In this document: positions 1 through 9,821 of the stretch, in pieces | Layout of the letters: every line of letters starts with the position of its first letter | Numbering within the stretch: the stretch's first letter is position 1 | Source of the DNA: an uncultured Acidobacteriota bacterium | GTDB lineage: Bacteria > Acidobacteriota > Thermoanaerobaculia > Multivoradales > JAHEKO01 | Direction: 5' to 3' | DNA length: 64,000 nucleotides | NCBI GenBank assembly: GCA_963713825.1 | Contig: CAVQNG010000003.1 | Coordinates: 928,001-992,000, forward strand | Position numbers and translations under genes: made by a program | The notes under the pieces: generated by a model | What the model was told of the DNA's origin: nothing | The model's input: only the letters and a program-made list of their open reading frames with translations | The model's database searches: none

Positions 1-1
1 A

Positions 2-913
2 CAAGCTCGCCGCGGCGAGGCGGTCGTTCTGGAGCGGTTGGACGAGTTGCCTGAAGAGGCTTCCGTCGACAGGGAGAACCTTCAGGTGTTCCGCGCGAAG
101 TCTGTGGTGGTTCTTCCTCTTCAGGTGGGTGGCGAGGCCGTTGGAATTGTCAGCTTCGCCACGATTCATCGCGAGAAGGCCTGGGCAGAACCGATCGTTA
201 CTCGCCTCAAGCTCCTGGCACAGGTGTTCGCCCACGCGATCGATCGGCGGCACGCAGACCTGGCGCTACGGAACTTGAGCGGGCGACTGATTCGTGCGCA
301 CGAGGAGGAGCGGGCGCGTTTGGCGCGGGAGCTTCACGACGATCTGACGCAGCGACTTGCGCGGATCGCGATCGACCTGGGGCGCCTCGACCTAGTCGAA
401 GACGAGGGCGCGAAGGCTGACGAAATGCGCGCGGTGCGCGACGGACTGTCCCGCCTGAGCGAGGACGTGCATACCCTGGCCTACCGGCTGCACCCGACGA
501 TCGTCGAGGATCTCGGCTTGGTCGAGGCGCTGAGATCGGAGTGCGAGCGGTTGGCGCGCCAGGAGTCGATCGGCATCCAGGAGAAGCTGGGCCAGACTTC
601 CGGTCCCATCCCGCGGGAGACTTCGCTTTGCCTGTTCCGTGTCGCACAGGAGTGTCTTCGTAACGTCGCTCGTCATGCGCGGGCCGGCGGAGTCGTTGTT
701 TCTCTGAGCGAGCTGGATGGAGGGCTTCAGCTCGCCGTTCACGACGATGGCGTCGGCTTCGATCTCGCAGCGCACCGCGAGAGAGGGCACCTCGGCATAG
801 CGAGCATGCACGAGCGGGTGAGCCTGCTGGGGGGCAGGCTCGAGTTCGACAGCGCACCCGGGAAGGGCACCACTGTGTATGCCTGGGTGCCCAGAACGGA
901 GATCTCGTCATGA
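2..913 (+). CDS. NarX/UhpB-type sensor histidine kinase (GAF + HisKA_3 + HATPase), 5' end outside window
   Basis: Frame open from position 2; H-box EEERARLARELHDDLTQ; ECLRNVARHA, VHDDGVGFD, GHLGIASMHERV, GKGTTV. Confidence 0.92.
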   Translation, partial: QARRGEAVVLERLDELPEEASVDRENLQVFRAKSVVVLPLQVGGEAVGIVSFATIHREKAWAEPIVTRLKLLAQVFAHAIDRRHADLALRNLSGRLIRAHEEERARLARELHDDLTQRLARIAIDLGRLDLVEDEGAKADEMRAVRDGLSRLSEDVHTLAYRLHPTIVEDLGLVEALRSECERLARQESIGIQEKLGQTSGPIPRETSLCLFRVAQECLRNVARHARAGGVVVSLSELDGGLQLAVHDDGVGFDLAAHRERGHLGIASMHERVSLLGGRLEFDSAPGKGTTVYAWVPRTEISS

Positions 914-1551
914 GTCGACCGCGCGTCCTGTTGGCCGATGATCACCGGATCGTGGCCGAAGGCCTGAAGGGAATCCTCACTCCGGAGTTCGAGCTCGTCG
1001 GCATCGTCGAGGACGGCAGGGCGCTAGTCGAAGCGGCACAAAAGACGGCTATCGATGTGATCGTCGCGGATATCGGGATGCCAGAGCTCAACGGCATCGA
1101 TGCCCTGGAGCAGTTGAAGGAACAAGATCCAAATGTAAAGGTCGTCTTCCTGACGATGCACCGGGAAGTGGCTTACGCTAGACGGGCCCTGGAAGCTGGA
1201 GCAGTGGGCTTTGTCCTCAAGCACTCGGCACCCGAGGAGCTGGTGATGGCGATTCGCGCCGCCATCAATGGACAGACGTTCATTTCTCCCGCGATGGCTA
1301 GGGAGGTCCTCGAATCGATGAAGAGCGACCCGGACCTGTCGCAGGATCCGGTCACCTCGCTGACGCCCCGCCAACGAGAAGTCCTGCAGCTTCTCGCGGA
1401 AGGCAAGAGTGCCAAGGAAGCCGCTGCGACTCTCGGTATCTCGGCGCGGACGGTGGAGTTCCACAAGTACGAGATCATGCAGGTGCTGGACATCCACAAC
1501 AGCGCCGAGCTCGTTCATTTCGCGATCAAGCACGGCATTGTCGACATCTGA
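910..1551 (+). CDS. NarL/FixJ-family response regulator (REC + LuxR HTH)
   Basis: LLADDH, VADIGMP, FVLKHSA, LTPRQREVLQLLAEGKSAKE..ISARTVEFHK; ATGA overlap with kinase. Confidence 0.95.
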   Translation: MSRPRVLLADDHRIVAEGLKGILTPEFELVGIVEDGRALVEAAQKTAIDVIVADIGMPELNGIDALEQLKEQDPNVKVVFLTMHREVAYARRALEAGAVGFVLKHSAPEELVMAIRAAINGQTFISPAMAREVLESMKSDPDLSQDPVTSLTPRQREVLQLLAEGKSAKEAAATLGISARTVEFHKYEIMQVLDIHNSAELVHFAIKHGIVDI

Positions 1552-1651
1552 GGCCCCCGGTCGGCCGTCACGGCCCGTTCGAGGCTCCTCTCGGGAGCTT
1601 CTGCCACATCTCGTAGGACGTCGCTGCCAGTAGTTTTTCACTGCCAGCCTG

Positions 1652-1669
1652 GTAGTTCTCCTAGTTCAC
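1652..1669 (+). promoter_or_regulatory. Conserved 18-bp box upstream of receiver-only gene, copy 1 (putative regulator site)
   Basis: GTAGTTCTCCTAGTTCAC; 17/18 match at 9763 and 14/18 at 22019; related CAGTAGTTTTTCACTG at 1628-1643. Confidence 0.5.
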
Positions 1670-1715
1670 CACCCCGGTGAGGCTCAATAGGCTTCTCTGG
1701 GGGGGGGTGGACTCG

Positions 1716-2192
1716 ATGCCCGAAGACAAAGCGAACTGTGTGCTGCTTGCGGACCGACACCTGGGCTTGACGGCCTCGGTCCGCGGATTACTCGAGACCC
1801 TGTTCGGAACGGTGGTCATGGTAGCCGATGCGCACTCGATGCAGGAGAGCGCACGCCGACTCCAACCCGAGGTGGCGGTGGTCGACCTCTCGCTCACGCG
1901 CGAGTCGAACCTCGACTGGCTGATGGAGCTCCACCGTTCCTGCCCCGAGATCAAGCTGGTCGTGCTCAGCGTCCACGACGAGTCGGCGGTGCAAGCGGCG
2001 GCCAAAGCAGCTGGCGCGGATGGTTATGTGCTCAAACGCGACATTGCCACGGATCTGCTGCCCACCATCGACTCTCTCCTGGCCGGCGATGCCGTGGACA
2101 GGTCGCGGACCAAACACGTCAAAGCTATCGATGAACAACGACAACCAACGTGGCAACGAACTTTCTACCGACAACAAGGAGAAGGAACATGA
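1716..2192 (+). CDS. Single-domain receiver (REC-only) protein, copy 1
   Basis: CVLLADRH..VAVVDLSL..VLSVHD..GYVLKRD; no output domain; tail differs from copy 2 by one indel. Confidence 0.85.
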   Translation: MPEDKANCVLLADRHLGLTASVRGLLETLFGTVVMVADAHSMQESARRLQPEVAVVDLSLTRESNLDWLMELHRSCPEIKLVVLSVHDESAVQAAAKAAGADGYVLKRDIATDLLPTIDSLLAGDAVDRSRTKHVKAIDEQRQPTWQRTFYRQQGEGT

Positions 2193-2820
2193 AAAGGACA
2201 ATCTCAACCGGCTTCATCTTCGTCCTGCTGATGGCAGCGGGAAGCGTGCTGTCAGCGGCGGAGTCCCGCTGGATTGTACGTGGCAACTACGTGGTAACGT
2301 GGCCCAGCACGGATTCCTACCAGACCGAGAGTGTAATTGGAGGCATGCCCATCCTCAACGAGCTCAGCCTCGACAAGGGGCAGGGATTCGGGCTCGATAT
2401 CGAGTACATGTTCAGCAGCAGGATCGGAATCCTCGTGTCCGCTATCTTCACCGACATGGAGGGCACGTTTGTCTATGGCATCGAGCCCGGAGAAGAGAGC
2501 GAGCGCGTTAAAGACAACAACACCGTCGACTTCTACACGATCAACGCAGGTGCGAACTATCACTTCACTCCGGAGAGCGCGGTCGACTTTTATGTCGGTG
2601 CTTTCGCGGGTGTCTTCTCCTATGACAGCGTGAAGTTTGTCCTGCCGGAGCTCGAGCAGGAGATCTCGATCAACTTCGACGATCAGTTCTCCTACGGTGT
2701 GACCGCGGGGCTCGACATCCCGTTCGGCGATAGCCCCTGGATGGCAACGCTGGGCGTCAGGTACCTGATCAGCGATCTGAAGGAAGACGGTGGACCGCGC
2801 GAGATCGCCATCGACCCGCT
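1791..2820 (+). repeat. About 1.0-kb near-identical direct repeat (REC + ompW); partner at 9852-10880
   Basis: CTCGAGACCCTGTTCGGAACG...GAGATCGCCATCGACCCG read almost base-for-base at both loci. Confidence 0.9.
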
Positions 2821-2854
2821 CATCGGCTCGATCGGTATCGGTTTTCGGTTCTAG
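2189..2854 (+). CDS. OmpW-family outer membrane beta-barrel, copy 1
   Basis: Signal peptide; NYHFTP..DFYVGAFAG; IDPLIGSIGIGFRF ending in Phe. Confidence 0.85.
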   Translation: MKRTISTGFIFVLLMAAGSVLSAAESRWIVRGNYVVTWPSTDSYQTESVIGGMPILNELSLDKGQGFGLDIEYMFSSRIGILVSAIFTDMEGTFVYGIEPGEESERVKDNNTVDFYTINAGANYHFTPESAVDFYVGAFAGVFSYDSVKFVLPELEQEISINFDDQFSYGVTAGLDIPFGDSPWMATLGVRYLISDLKEDGGPREIAIDPLIGSIGIGFRF

Positions 2855-2972
2855 AGTTCGAAGTCTGTGAATCCGTTGAGGGCTCGAGGCAATCCGGGGG
2901 CGGGTCATCCTGCCCCCGGCTTCCAGGCCACGCTCCACCTCGGAGATCATTCACAACCATGAAGGAGGAATC

Positions 2973-3584
2973 ATGAAGAACTACGGATCCTTGATATTGG
3001 CCGTCTGTGTGGCGGCAACCCTGTGCCTGGCGTGCTCGGCCGAGCCCGAAACGGCCGAGGCACCCGCTGAGTCCGCGGTGCCTGCAGCTCCGGCACAGGC
3101 CGAGGTTGTGGCGGCTGCCGTGGAGGTCAGCGCGACCGTGACCAGGATCGATCAAGAGACGCGTGAGGTCACCCTGATGCTGGAGGACGGCGAGGAGCTC
3201 AGCCTCGTTGCCGGCGGCGAGGTGGAGAACTTCGCCCAGGTGTCGCAGGGCGACGTCGTCATCGCCACCTACACCGAGGCCCTCGCCTACGAAGTGATAC
3301 CGGATGGCGAGGAGGCCGGACTGGAAACGACAGCCGCAGCCGCGGCCGCCGAACTCGGTGAGATGCCGGCGGCCGTCGCCGGGCGGTCGACCACACTGAC
3401 GGTCACGATCATGGCGATCGACACCGAAGTCCCTTCGGTCACCTTCACGGGTCCTGGCGGCAACACCCGCACGATCCATGTGATGCACCCCGAGAAGCTC
3501 GTCGGCGTGAAAGTCGGGGACTCGGTGGAGATTACCTACGCCAAAGCTCTCGCGCTCAGTGTCGAAAAAACGCCGAAAAACTAA
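2973..3584 (+). CDS. Hypothetical lipoprotein (two OB-fold-like repeats)
   Basis: RBS GGAGG; lipobox CLAC; repeats ATVTRIDQETREVTL / VTIMAIDTEVPSVTF, VSQGDVV / VKVGDSV. Confidence 0.75.
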   Translation: MKNYGSLILAVCVAATLCLACSAEPETAEAPAESAVPAAPAQAEVVAAAVEVSATVTRIDQETREVTLMLEDGEELSLVAGGEVENFAQVSQGDVVIATYTEALAYEVIPDGEEAGLETTAAAAAAELGEMPAAVAGRSTTLTVTIMAIDTEVPSVTFTGPGGNTRTIHVMHPEKLVGVKVGDSVEITYAKALALSVEKTPKN

Positions 3585-3629
3585 ATTCAAACCGGAATAT
3601 CTGGGACGTCTGTCCCGAGGAGGAGTGAG

Positions 3630-4202
3630 ATGGAAAATGTCAGGGAAGCGATCGGTGACTGGGCGGAGGAAGCGAAGAAGCACGCCGGGTGGCTCGTGGC
3701 ACTGGGGGTAGTGACGATCATCGCGGGTATTCTCGCCATGGCGGCGCCCATGCTCAGCGGCTTCGGTGTCTCGATCATGATCGGCATTGCGTTGTTGATC
3801 GGTGGCGTCGCGCGGACCGTCAGCGCATTCAGTGCGGGCTCGTTCGGCCAGGGAACCCTCGCGTTCCTCGGTGGCATCCTCACCTTCGTAGCGGGTGTGG
3901 TCCTCATCTTCCGGCCCGGCGTCGGGGTGGCGAGCCTGACCCTGGCGCTCGGGATCTACCTGCTGGTGGACGGAGTCTCCGGCACCATCCTCGCATTCCG
4001 CGTAAGGCCGGAGAAGGGATGGGGTTGGATGCTTTTTAGCGGTGCCATGGGCGTGTTGCTGGGGATCATGCTGCTCAAGGAGTGGCCGGTCTCCGGGCTG
4101 TGGGCCGTCGGAATGTTGGTGGGGGTCAACATGCTCTTCGCCGGTTTCTCCATCACTTCCATCGGCTCGGCCGCCCGGGGTGTGGCCAAGCGGCTGACAT
4201 AG
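3630..4202 (+). CDS. hdeD: HdeD/DUF308 acid-resistance-type membrane protein, copy 1
   Basis: Six hydrophobic segments; GWLVALGVVTIIAG, GWGWMLFSG, WPVSGLWAVGMLVGVNMLFAG. Confidence 0.85.
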   Translation: MENVREAIGDWAEEAKKHAGWLVALGVVTIIAGILAMAAPMLSGFGVSIMIGIALLIGGVARTVSAFSAGSFGQGTLAFLGGILTFVAGVVLIFRPGVGVASLTLALGIYLLVDGVSGTILAFRVRPEKGWGWMLFSGAMGVLLGIMLLKEWPVSGLWAVGMLVGVNMLFAGFSITSIGSAARGVAKRLT

Positions 4203-4360
4203 ATCGAGCAGATCCGTCGGGCGCTCGAGCCGAGCGACCGACGGAGGTTTCTTCGCTGGTGTTCATCGAGACGGAGGCGTTAACAGCCAGGAGAACATCG
4301 ACGGGATTGAACTGCGGGGAACCGGGTCCATCGGATCGAGGACTAGAAAGGAGCGTCGCA

Positions 4361-5731
4361 ATGCGTTGCCTCAATGTGGCCTCTCTGACCCTTGGGCTGG
4401 TCTTCGGGCTTTCCGGGATCAGCGCTGGCCAAGTGACTCCCGACCAGATCGCCCGTCTCGGCGGTGACCTGACACCGGTCGGCGCCGAGCGAACCGGCAG
4501 TGCCGACGGAACGATCCCACCCTGGACCGGAGGTTTGGCGCAAACTCTGCCCATCGATCCGGCCGTTGGCTACACTGATCCGTTCGCCGGGGACGCCGTC
4601 CGGTTCACGATCACCTCCGAAAACGCGGAGGAGTACAAGGGACTACTGAGCGACGGGCACCTCGCGCTGCTTGCGCGCGATCCGCGGACCTTCCGCATGC
4701 AGGTCTACCCGACGCGTCGCAGTGCCGCCCATCCCGAGGAGGTGCTTGCCGAGATCCCGAAGCAGGCGCCTCTCGCCCGAACGGAAGGCGACCACGTGCT
4801 CGACATCGGGCGCAGCACGGTGCCGTTCCCAATACCCGCCGACGGCCTCCAGGTGATGTGGAACCACGTCTTCCGCTGGCGAGGCGGGTCGGTGGAGCGG
4901 CAGTTCGTCTGGGCGCCCGTGGACGCCTCCGGGAAATACCCTACTGTGAGGTTCCACCAGAGTATTTCGTTCGATCAACAGGGCTACATGGTCGAGTCGC
5001 GCCCGGGGCGGCTCTACAACGCTACCGGGTACTTCCTGTCTCCGCCGTCGGCGATCGGAATTCGCAGCTCCACCTGGGAGCCGATCGACCCTGTGAGCAA
5101 AGTGCGCGCCCATTGGACTTTTACCCCCCAGACGCTCCACACGCAGCGCCTACCGGCGTACGACTACAGCACCGTCGAGCCGTTCACGGGTGGGACGCGC
5201 ACGGCCGACCAGAATGACGGCTGGAACGGCGCGCCGGATCGCTACGACTGGAAGCTCCTCGGCAAACGTGCGCTGGTCATCGGCTACAACGCCTACAAAC
5301 TGGCCGACCGGGCCCTCCGCTACGTTGACATCATCAGGACCCACCACCTCGACCCCGACCTCCTGCGCTACGAGGTCCACCGGGTTTGGGTGGTCGAGGC
5401 CACGCTCCGAGAGGGCCGTTTTCACCCCTACCACCGCCGCGTCTTCTTCATTGATGAGGATACCTGGCAGGTCGCCCAGGAGGAGGACTACGACAAGAAG
5501 GGGAACCTGGTGCGTTTCGGCGATCACCAGATGATCCAGTTCTACGATGTGATGGTGCCGTGGTACGCCGCCACGATCCACCATGACCTCGCGTCCGGCG
5601 CCTACCTCGTGACCTACCTGAACAACATGGAACCTTTCCCCACGCGCTGGGGTTTCGAGGGCCGGCTGGTGGACTACCTGCCGAGCCGACTGCGCACCCT
5701 GGGCCTCGCGGTGACGGGAGGCAAGCCATGA
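4361..5731 (+). CDS. DUF1329 domain exported protein (LolA-like)
   Basis: RBS AAGGAG before ATG 4361; LTPVGAERTGSADGTIPPWTGG, PFPIP..GLQVMWNH, RYEVHRVWVVEATLR, DEDTW. Confidence 0.88.
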   Translation: MRCLNVASLTLGLVFGLSGISAGQVTPDQIARLGGDLTPVGAERTGSADGTIPPWTGGLAQTLPIDPAVGYTDPFAGDAVRFTITSENAEEYKGLLSDGHLALLARDPRTFRMQVYPTRRSAAHPEEVLAEIPKQAPLARTEGDHVLDIGRSTVPFPIPADGLQVMWNHVFRWRGGSVERQFVWAPVDASGKYPTVRFHQSISFDQQGYMVESRPGRLYNATGYFLSPPSAIGIRSSTWEPIDPVSKVRAHWTFTPQTLHTQRLPAYDYSTVEPFTGGTRTADQNDGWNGAPDRYDWKLLGKRALVIGYNAYKLADRALRYVDIIRTHHLDPDLLRYEVHRVWVVEATLREGRFHPYHRRVFFIDEDTWQVAQEEDYDKKGNLVRFGDHQMIQFYDVMVPWYAATIHHDLASGAYLVTYLNNMEPFPTRWGFEGRLVDYLPSRLRTLGLAVTGGKP

Positions 5732-7590
5732 CCTCCCGGAAAGCGACCAAGGATCGCCGGGCGATCCCGGCATGCCTCGTGTTTGCGGTCCTCCTCTCGA
5801 CCCCAGGCATCGGGCGTGCGGGGCAGTTCTCCCTCTTCAAAGGCAAGGTTCTCGGCGTCACGAAGACCACCATCACCATCGGCGCGGCGTGGCGGAGTGC
5901 GAACCCCCACGCGCAGCTCGTCGGCGCCGGCGCCGGTCAGGGCGAGGACCCGGAGCTCCCGGGCGCCTCTGGCGCGGTCGGGGTCAACGACGACGGCAAC
6001 CTGAATTTCGGCAAAAACGACCTCGTGAGCAATCCCATGACCCTGGTCTCGGAGATGACGTTCCGCCACAGCTCCGGCCAGGGCGTTTTCCTTCGTCTGC
6101 GCGCCTGGAACGACATCATGCTGGAAAGCAGAACGATGCCCCACGGCAGCGGTCCCACCCGGTACGTTCAAAACGTGCAGCTCGATGACACGAACTACCT
6201 CAGCGCGGCACAATTCCACGGGATCGATATCTACGATGCGTTCTTCTTCGGGCACTACAAGCTCGGCCAGACGTACCTCGATCTGCGTCTCGGACGACAG
6301 GCGCTCCAGTGGGGCGAGTCCATCCTGTACACGGGGCTCAACGCGCTCAATCCCTACGACGTTGCCTGGCTATCGATTACCGGCGCTCCGGTCCTCAACG
6401 GCGGCCGCCTTCCGGTCAACCGCGTCTACCTCAACCTCGCGACACCGAGCGGATGGACCATCGACGGCTTTTTCAACTTCGAGTTCCGAAGCACCGTCCT
6501 GCCCGGCTGCGGAACCTACTTCAGCACCCTCGACAACGGGATGCACCCGGGATGCAACGTGGCCACCGCCCTGGGAGTGCCGGACGCCACGGCAAACATC
6601 ATCCGCACCCGGAACTTCTACAACGGCAGGCTCTACGCGGGCGGCGTCTTTCCGGAGGGCGGCCCCGATGCCATGGACGCCTCGACGGCGCCGTCCCGAT
6701 GGAGCGGATACGGGATCTCGGCGCACAGATTCGTCGAGTCGCTCGACACAAACTTCGGTTTCTACTATGCCAGTTATACGAACCCCACGCCCGTCGCCGC
6801 CCCGGTCGTCGGCACAAACCCGCTCGACTTTGCCATGAACACCATGTTCGTCGAAGAGGACGTCAAGGTCCTCGGGGTGAGCGCCGCGACCGGAGTGCGG
6901 AACCTGGCGCTGTTCGGGCAGCTCACTTACTCCATGGACCTGCCCTCCCAGAGGAACGCGCCGGCGTTCATCGAGGGCTCGCTTTCGGGCACGGGGCCGT
7001 ACGGGTGGATGCAGGAGTACGTCAACAAGGAGGCTCCGGGCTACTACCCGCTCGACGTGGCACAGCTACAGCTCGGCGGGACCTGGCAGTTCGGCGAATT
7101 CCTCCACCTCTCGGACGCGAAGCTCACCTTCGAGACCAACATGCAGTACGCGACCAACCACCCCGGGCTAGAGGGGCCGAACGCCGAGCGGCTCGGGCGC
7201 TACGGCAACTTCGGCGCCGCTGACTGGGACCAACAGGGGTACGTCTGCGATCCCGGGCCCCTCGACAACGGAGTCGTCAACAGGTGCGAGGTCGACGGGT
7301 TTGTGACGGATTTCTCAGTGGGATACAAGCTCCGGGCGCAGACTACCATTCCGAAGGTCGGCCCGGGCCTGACCGTTATCCCGGTGCTCGTCTTCAACCA
7401 CGACCTCTACGGCTTTTCGCCCGACGGCGCGATCCTCGAGGGACGGCTCTCGCTCTCGGCCTTCCTGAGGGTGCTTCTGCGTCAGAAGTACTACGTCGAA
7501 ACGGGCCTCGTCCTGTTCGACCGGGGCGCGGACTGGGATCCCATGGCGGACCGCGGGCAGTACTCTTTGGTATTTGGAATCAACCTGTAG
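5728..7590 (+). CDS. DUF1302 outer membrane protein
   Basis: NDDGNLNF, LRLGRQALQWGES, LPGCGTYFS, DPMADRG near C-terminus; overlaps DUF1329 stop. Confidence 0.85.
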   Translation: MTSRKATKDRRAIPACLVFAVLLSTPGIGRAGQFSLFKGKVLGVTKTTITIGAAWRSANPHAQLVGAGAGQGEDPELPGASGAVGVNDDGNLNFGKNDLVSNPMTLVSEMTFRHSSGQGVFLRLRAWNDIMLESRTMPHGSGPTRYVQNVQLDDTNYLSAAQFHGIDIYDAFFFGHYKLGQTYLDLRLGRQALQWGESILYTGLNALNPYDVAWLSITGAPVLNGGRLPVNRVYLNLATPSGWTIDGFFNFEFRSTVLPGCGTYFSTLDNGMHPGCNVATALGVPDATANIIRTRNFYNGRLYAGGVFPEGGPDAMDASTAPSRWSGYGISAHRFVESLDTNFGFYYASYTNPTPVAAPVVGTNPLDFAMNTMFVEEDVKVLGVSAATGVRNLALFGQLTYSMDLPSQRNAPAFIEGSLSGTGPYGWMQEYVNKEAPGYYPLDVAQLQLGGTWQFGEFLHLSDAKLTFETNMQYATNHPGLEGPNAERLGRYGNFGAADWDQQGYVCDPGPLDNGVVNRCEVDGFVTDFSVGYKLRAQTTIPKVGPGLTVIPVLVFNHDLYGFSPDGAILEGRLSLSAFLRVLLRQKYYVETGLVLFDRGADWDPMADRGQYSLVFGINL

Positions 7591-7699
7591 TGGCGACGTG
7601 CGCTGGAGATAGACCAGTTGCGCCGCGGTGTCGAATCGATTCGCTTTACCACAACCAGCGGCGGCTGAACCGCCGAAACCGAAGAAGGAGAGGACAGAG

Positions 7700-9106
7700 A
7701 TGAAAAAGTTTCAAAGACTCGTGCTGGCCGCCATCGCAGTGGCCATCCTGGCGACTGGAACCGGCGTCGGGGCTGCGGATCTGTCGCCCGAGGAGGCAAA
7801 GATCATGGCCGTCGAGGCGTACATCTACACCTACCCGCTGGTCACCATGGACGTGACGCGCCGGGTGATGAGCAACGTGCCGGTCGGGGTGAAGACGGGC
7901 GCCGGTCCCATGGGCATGTTCCACCACTTCCGGACGTATCCGACGGCCGACTTCCGGGACGTGGTCCGGCCGAACTTCGACACGCTGTACTCGGTGGCCT
8001 GGCTCGACCTGACCAGCGAGCCGATGGTCGTCTCCGTACCGGACTCGGGCGGCCGCTACTACCTGCTGCCGCTGTACGACATGTGGACCGACGCCTACGC
8101 CGTGCCGGGAAAGCGCACGAGCGGCACCGCGGCCCACGACTACGCGGTCACGCCGAAGGGCTGGAAGGGGAAGCTGCCGGCGGGCCTGGAGCAGATCGAG
8201 TCGCCGACGGCCTACAACTGGATCATCGGCCGCACCCAGACGAACGGCCCGGCGGACTACGCTGCGGTCAACACGTTCCAGGACGGCTTTAAGGTGACGC
8301 CGCTCTCGCAGTGGGGCAAGCCAGTGGTCGCGCCGGCCGCCTTTACCCCGGACCCGACGGTGGACATGAAGACAAACCCGCTCAACCAGGTCAACGCCAT
8401 GACCGGTGACAAGTACTTCGCCTATGCCGCGGAGCTGATGAAGCTGCACAAGCCCCACCTCACCGACTGGTCGGTGGTGGCCCGCATGACGCGGCTGGGA
8501 ATCGTCGCGGGCCAGAGCCTCGACATCGCCAAGGCCGGCCCGGTGGTCCGCCAGGCCCTCCTCGACGCGCCGGCCACCGCACTGAAGCTGATGCAGACTT
8601 ATGCACCGAACATGGGCAAGACCGTCAACGGCTGGCAGATGTACACCGACACGATGGGTGTCTACGGCGACTTCTACTTCAAGCGCGCCGTCATCTCGAT
8701 GATCGGCCTGGGCGCCAACCAGGTCGCCGACGCGATCTACCCCCTCGCCGCGGCCGACGCCGACGGCAAGCCCCTAGACGGCAACAACGACTACGTCATC
8801 CACTTCTCGAAGGAGGAGCTGCCTCCGGTGGACGCGTTCTGGTCGATCACGATGTACGACGCCGAGGGCTTCCAGGTCGCCAACCCGCTCAACCGCTTCG
8901 CCATCGGCGACCGCGACGCCCTGAAGTACAACGAGGACGGCTCGCTCAGCATCTACATGCAGAACGCCTCGCCGGGCGCCGACAAGGAGTCGAACTGGCT
9001 GCCGGCGCCAAAGGGTGCTCTGGGCATCACGATGCGGCTCTACGCTCCCAAGATCGACGTGGCGGCCGGTCGCTGGGTGCCGCCGCCGATCACGCGGGTG
9101 GATTGA
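7700..9106 (+). CDS. DUF1254/DUF1214 domain exported protein
   Basis: EAYIYTYPLVTM, VVRPNFDTLYSVAWLDL, PPVDAFWSITMYD, NWLPAP..MRLYAP. Confidence 0.93.
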   Translation: MKKFQRLVLAAIAVAILATGTGVGAADLSPEEAKIMAVEAYIYTYPLVTMDVTRRVMSNVPVGVKTGAGPMGMFHHFRTYPTADFRDVVRPNFDTLYSVAWLDLTSEPMVVSVPDSGGRYYLLPLYDMWTDAYAVPGKRTSGTAAHDYAVTPKGWKGKLPAGLEQIESPTAYNWIIGRTQTNGPADYAAVNTFQDGFKVTPLSQWGKPVVAPAAFTPDPTVDMKTNPLNQVNAMTGDKYFAYAAELMKLHKPHLTDWSVVARMTRLGIVAGQSLDIAKAGPVVRQALLDAPATALKLMQTYAPNMGKTVNGWQMYTDTMGVYGDFYFKRAVISMIGLGANQVADAIYPLAAADADGKPLDGNNDYVIHFSKEELPPVDAFWSITMYDAEGFQVANPLNRFAIGDRDALKYNEDGSLSIYMQNASPGADKESNWLPAPKGALGITMRLYAPKIDVAAGRWVPPPITRVD

Positions 9107-9284
9107 TTGGTGACCGGGTGAAACTACGCCGACCAGTTTCGACGGATTCCGAGGTCACAGCCCTGTGAGTCCGAACTTCTATCGCTCGACAACCGATGGG
9201 GCAGACCTTTTCGGAGAACCCCGACGACATGAACACGAAGGAGAATAGACAACAAAGACGATTGCATCCTGGATGATGGCCGCC

Positions 9285-9365
9285 TGTGATCGAGGAGGAC
9301 GCCTATCTGGTCAAGATCTATCCCCCTCCTTCGACGAGTATCTGGGGATCGGCGCTGAGGTACCC
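9285..9365 (+). pseudogene. Internally deleted remnant of the exported G/W/Y-rich protein gene at 29.6 kb
   Basis: VIEEDAYLVKIYPP resembles VLEGDSYLIKLYPP (about 29800), joined to TTCGACGAGTATCTGGGGATCGGCGC resembling 29978-30003. Confidence 0.65.
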
Positions 9366-9504
9366 TCTCCTCCTCGACCACCTCGACAGGGGGCGTCGCG
9401 GTCTGCTGTCGAGTGCGGTCCGTATTGGCCAGGCTCAGTCCGGCCTGCGCCTCTACCCTCCTCCTCCGCACATTTTCCTCTCGATGAGACACCGCGCCAG
9501 CGAG

Positions 9505-9640
9505 AATCCGTGAAGAGCAGCATCTGCAGCCAGGCTCAAGCGCTCCACACGCTCTCGCAAGGTCAGTTCTTGGTGTTGCCGGGCAAGTGCGTTTATCAAG
9601 ACCTGCGCAACCAGTTGCAGCCGCTTCACCAGCTCCTCGA
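9505..9640 (-). pseudogene. Inverted fragment of a GAF sensor kinase
   Basis: Minus strand reads EELVKRLQLVAQVLINALARQHQELTLRERVERLSLAADAA, similar to EPIVTRLKLLAQVFAHAIDRRHADLALR of the kinase at 2-913. Confidence 0.65.
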
Positions 9641-9762
9641 ACCCGAGAGGCCTCTCGAGGTGGCCGCCAGGAGGAGGCTCTGGCTCGAACCTCGCGGATG
9701 CCGCTCGGACGTCACCCGTGGGTCGATACTCGCATATCGTCCCGCAGAGCCTAGCAGAGCCC

Positions 9763-9780
9763 GTAGTTTTCCTAGTTCAC
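9763..9780 (+). promoter_or_regulatory. Conserved 18-bp box, copy 2
   Basis: GTAGTTTTCCTAGTTCAC, about 40 bp before the REC copy 2 ATG, in otherwise non-identical flanks. Confidence 0.5.
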
Positions 9781-9821
9781 AGCTGCTTCGAGTCCGAATA
9801 GCCTCAAGCGAGGGAAAAGCA

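Noticed and set aside
1699-1707. G9 tract before REC copy 1 as a phase-variation switch
   Set aside because: Non-coding, at the RBS position, not conserved in the other copies, and homopolymer length is unreliable in this assembly
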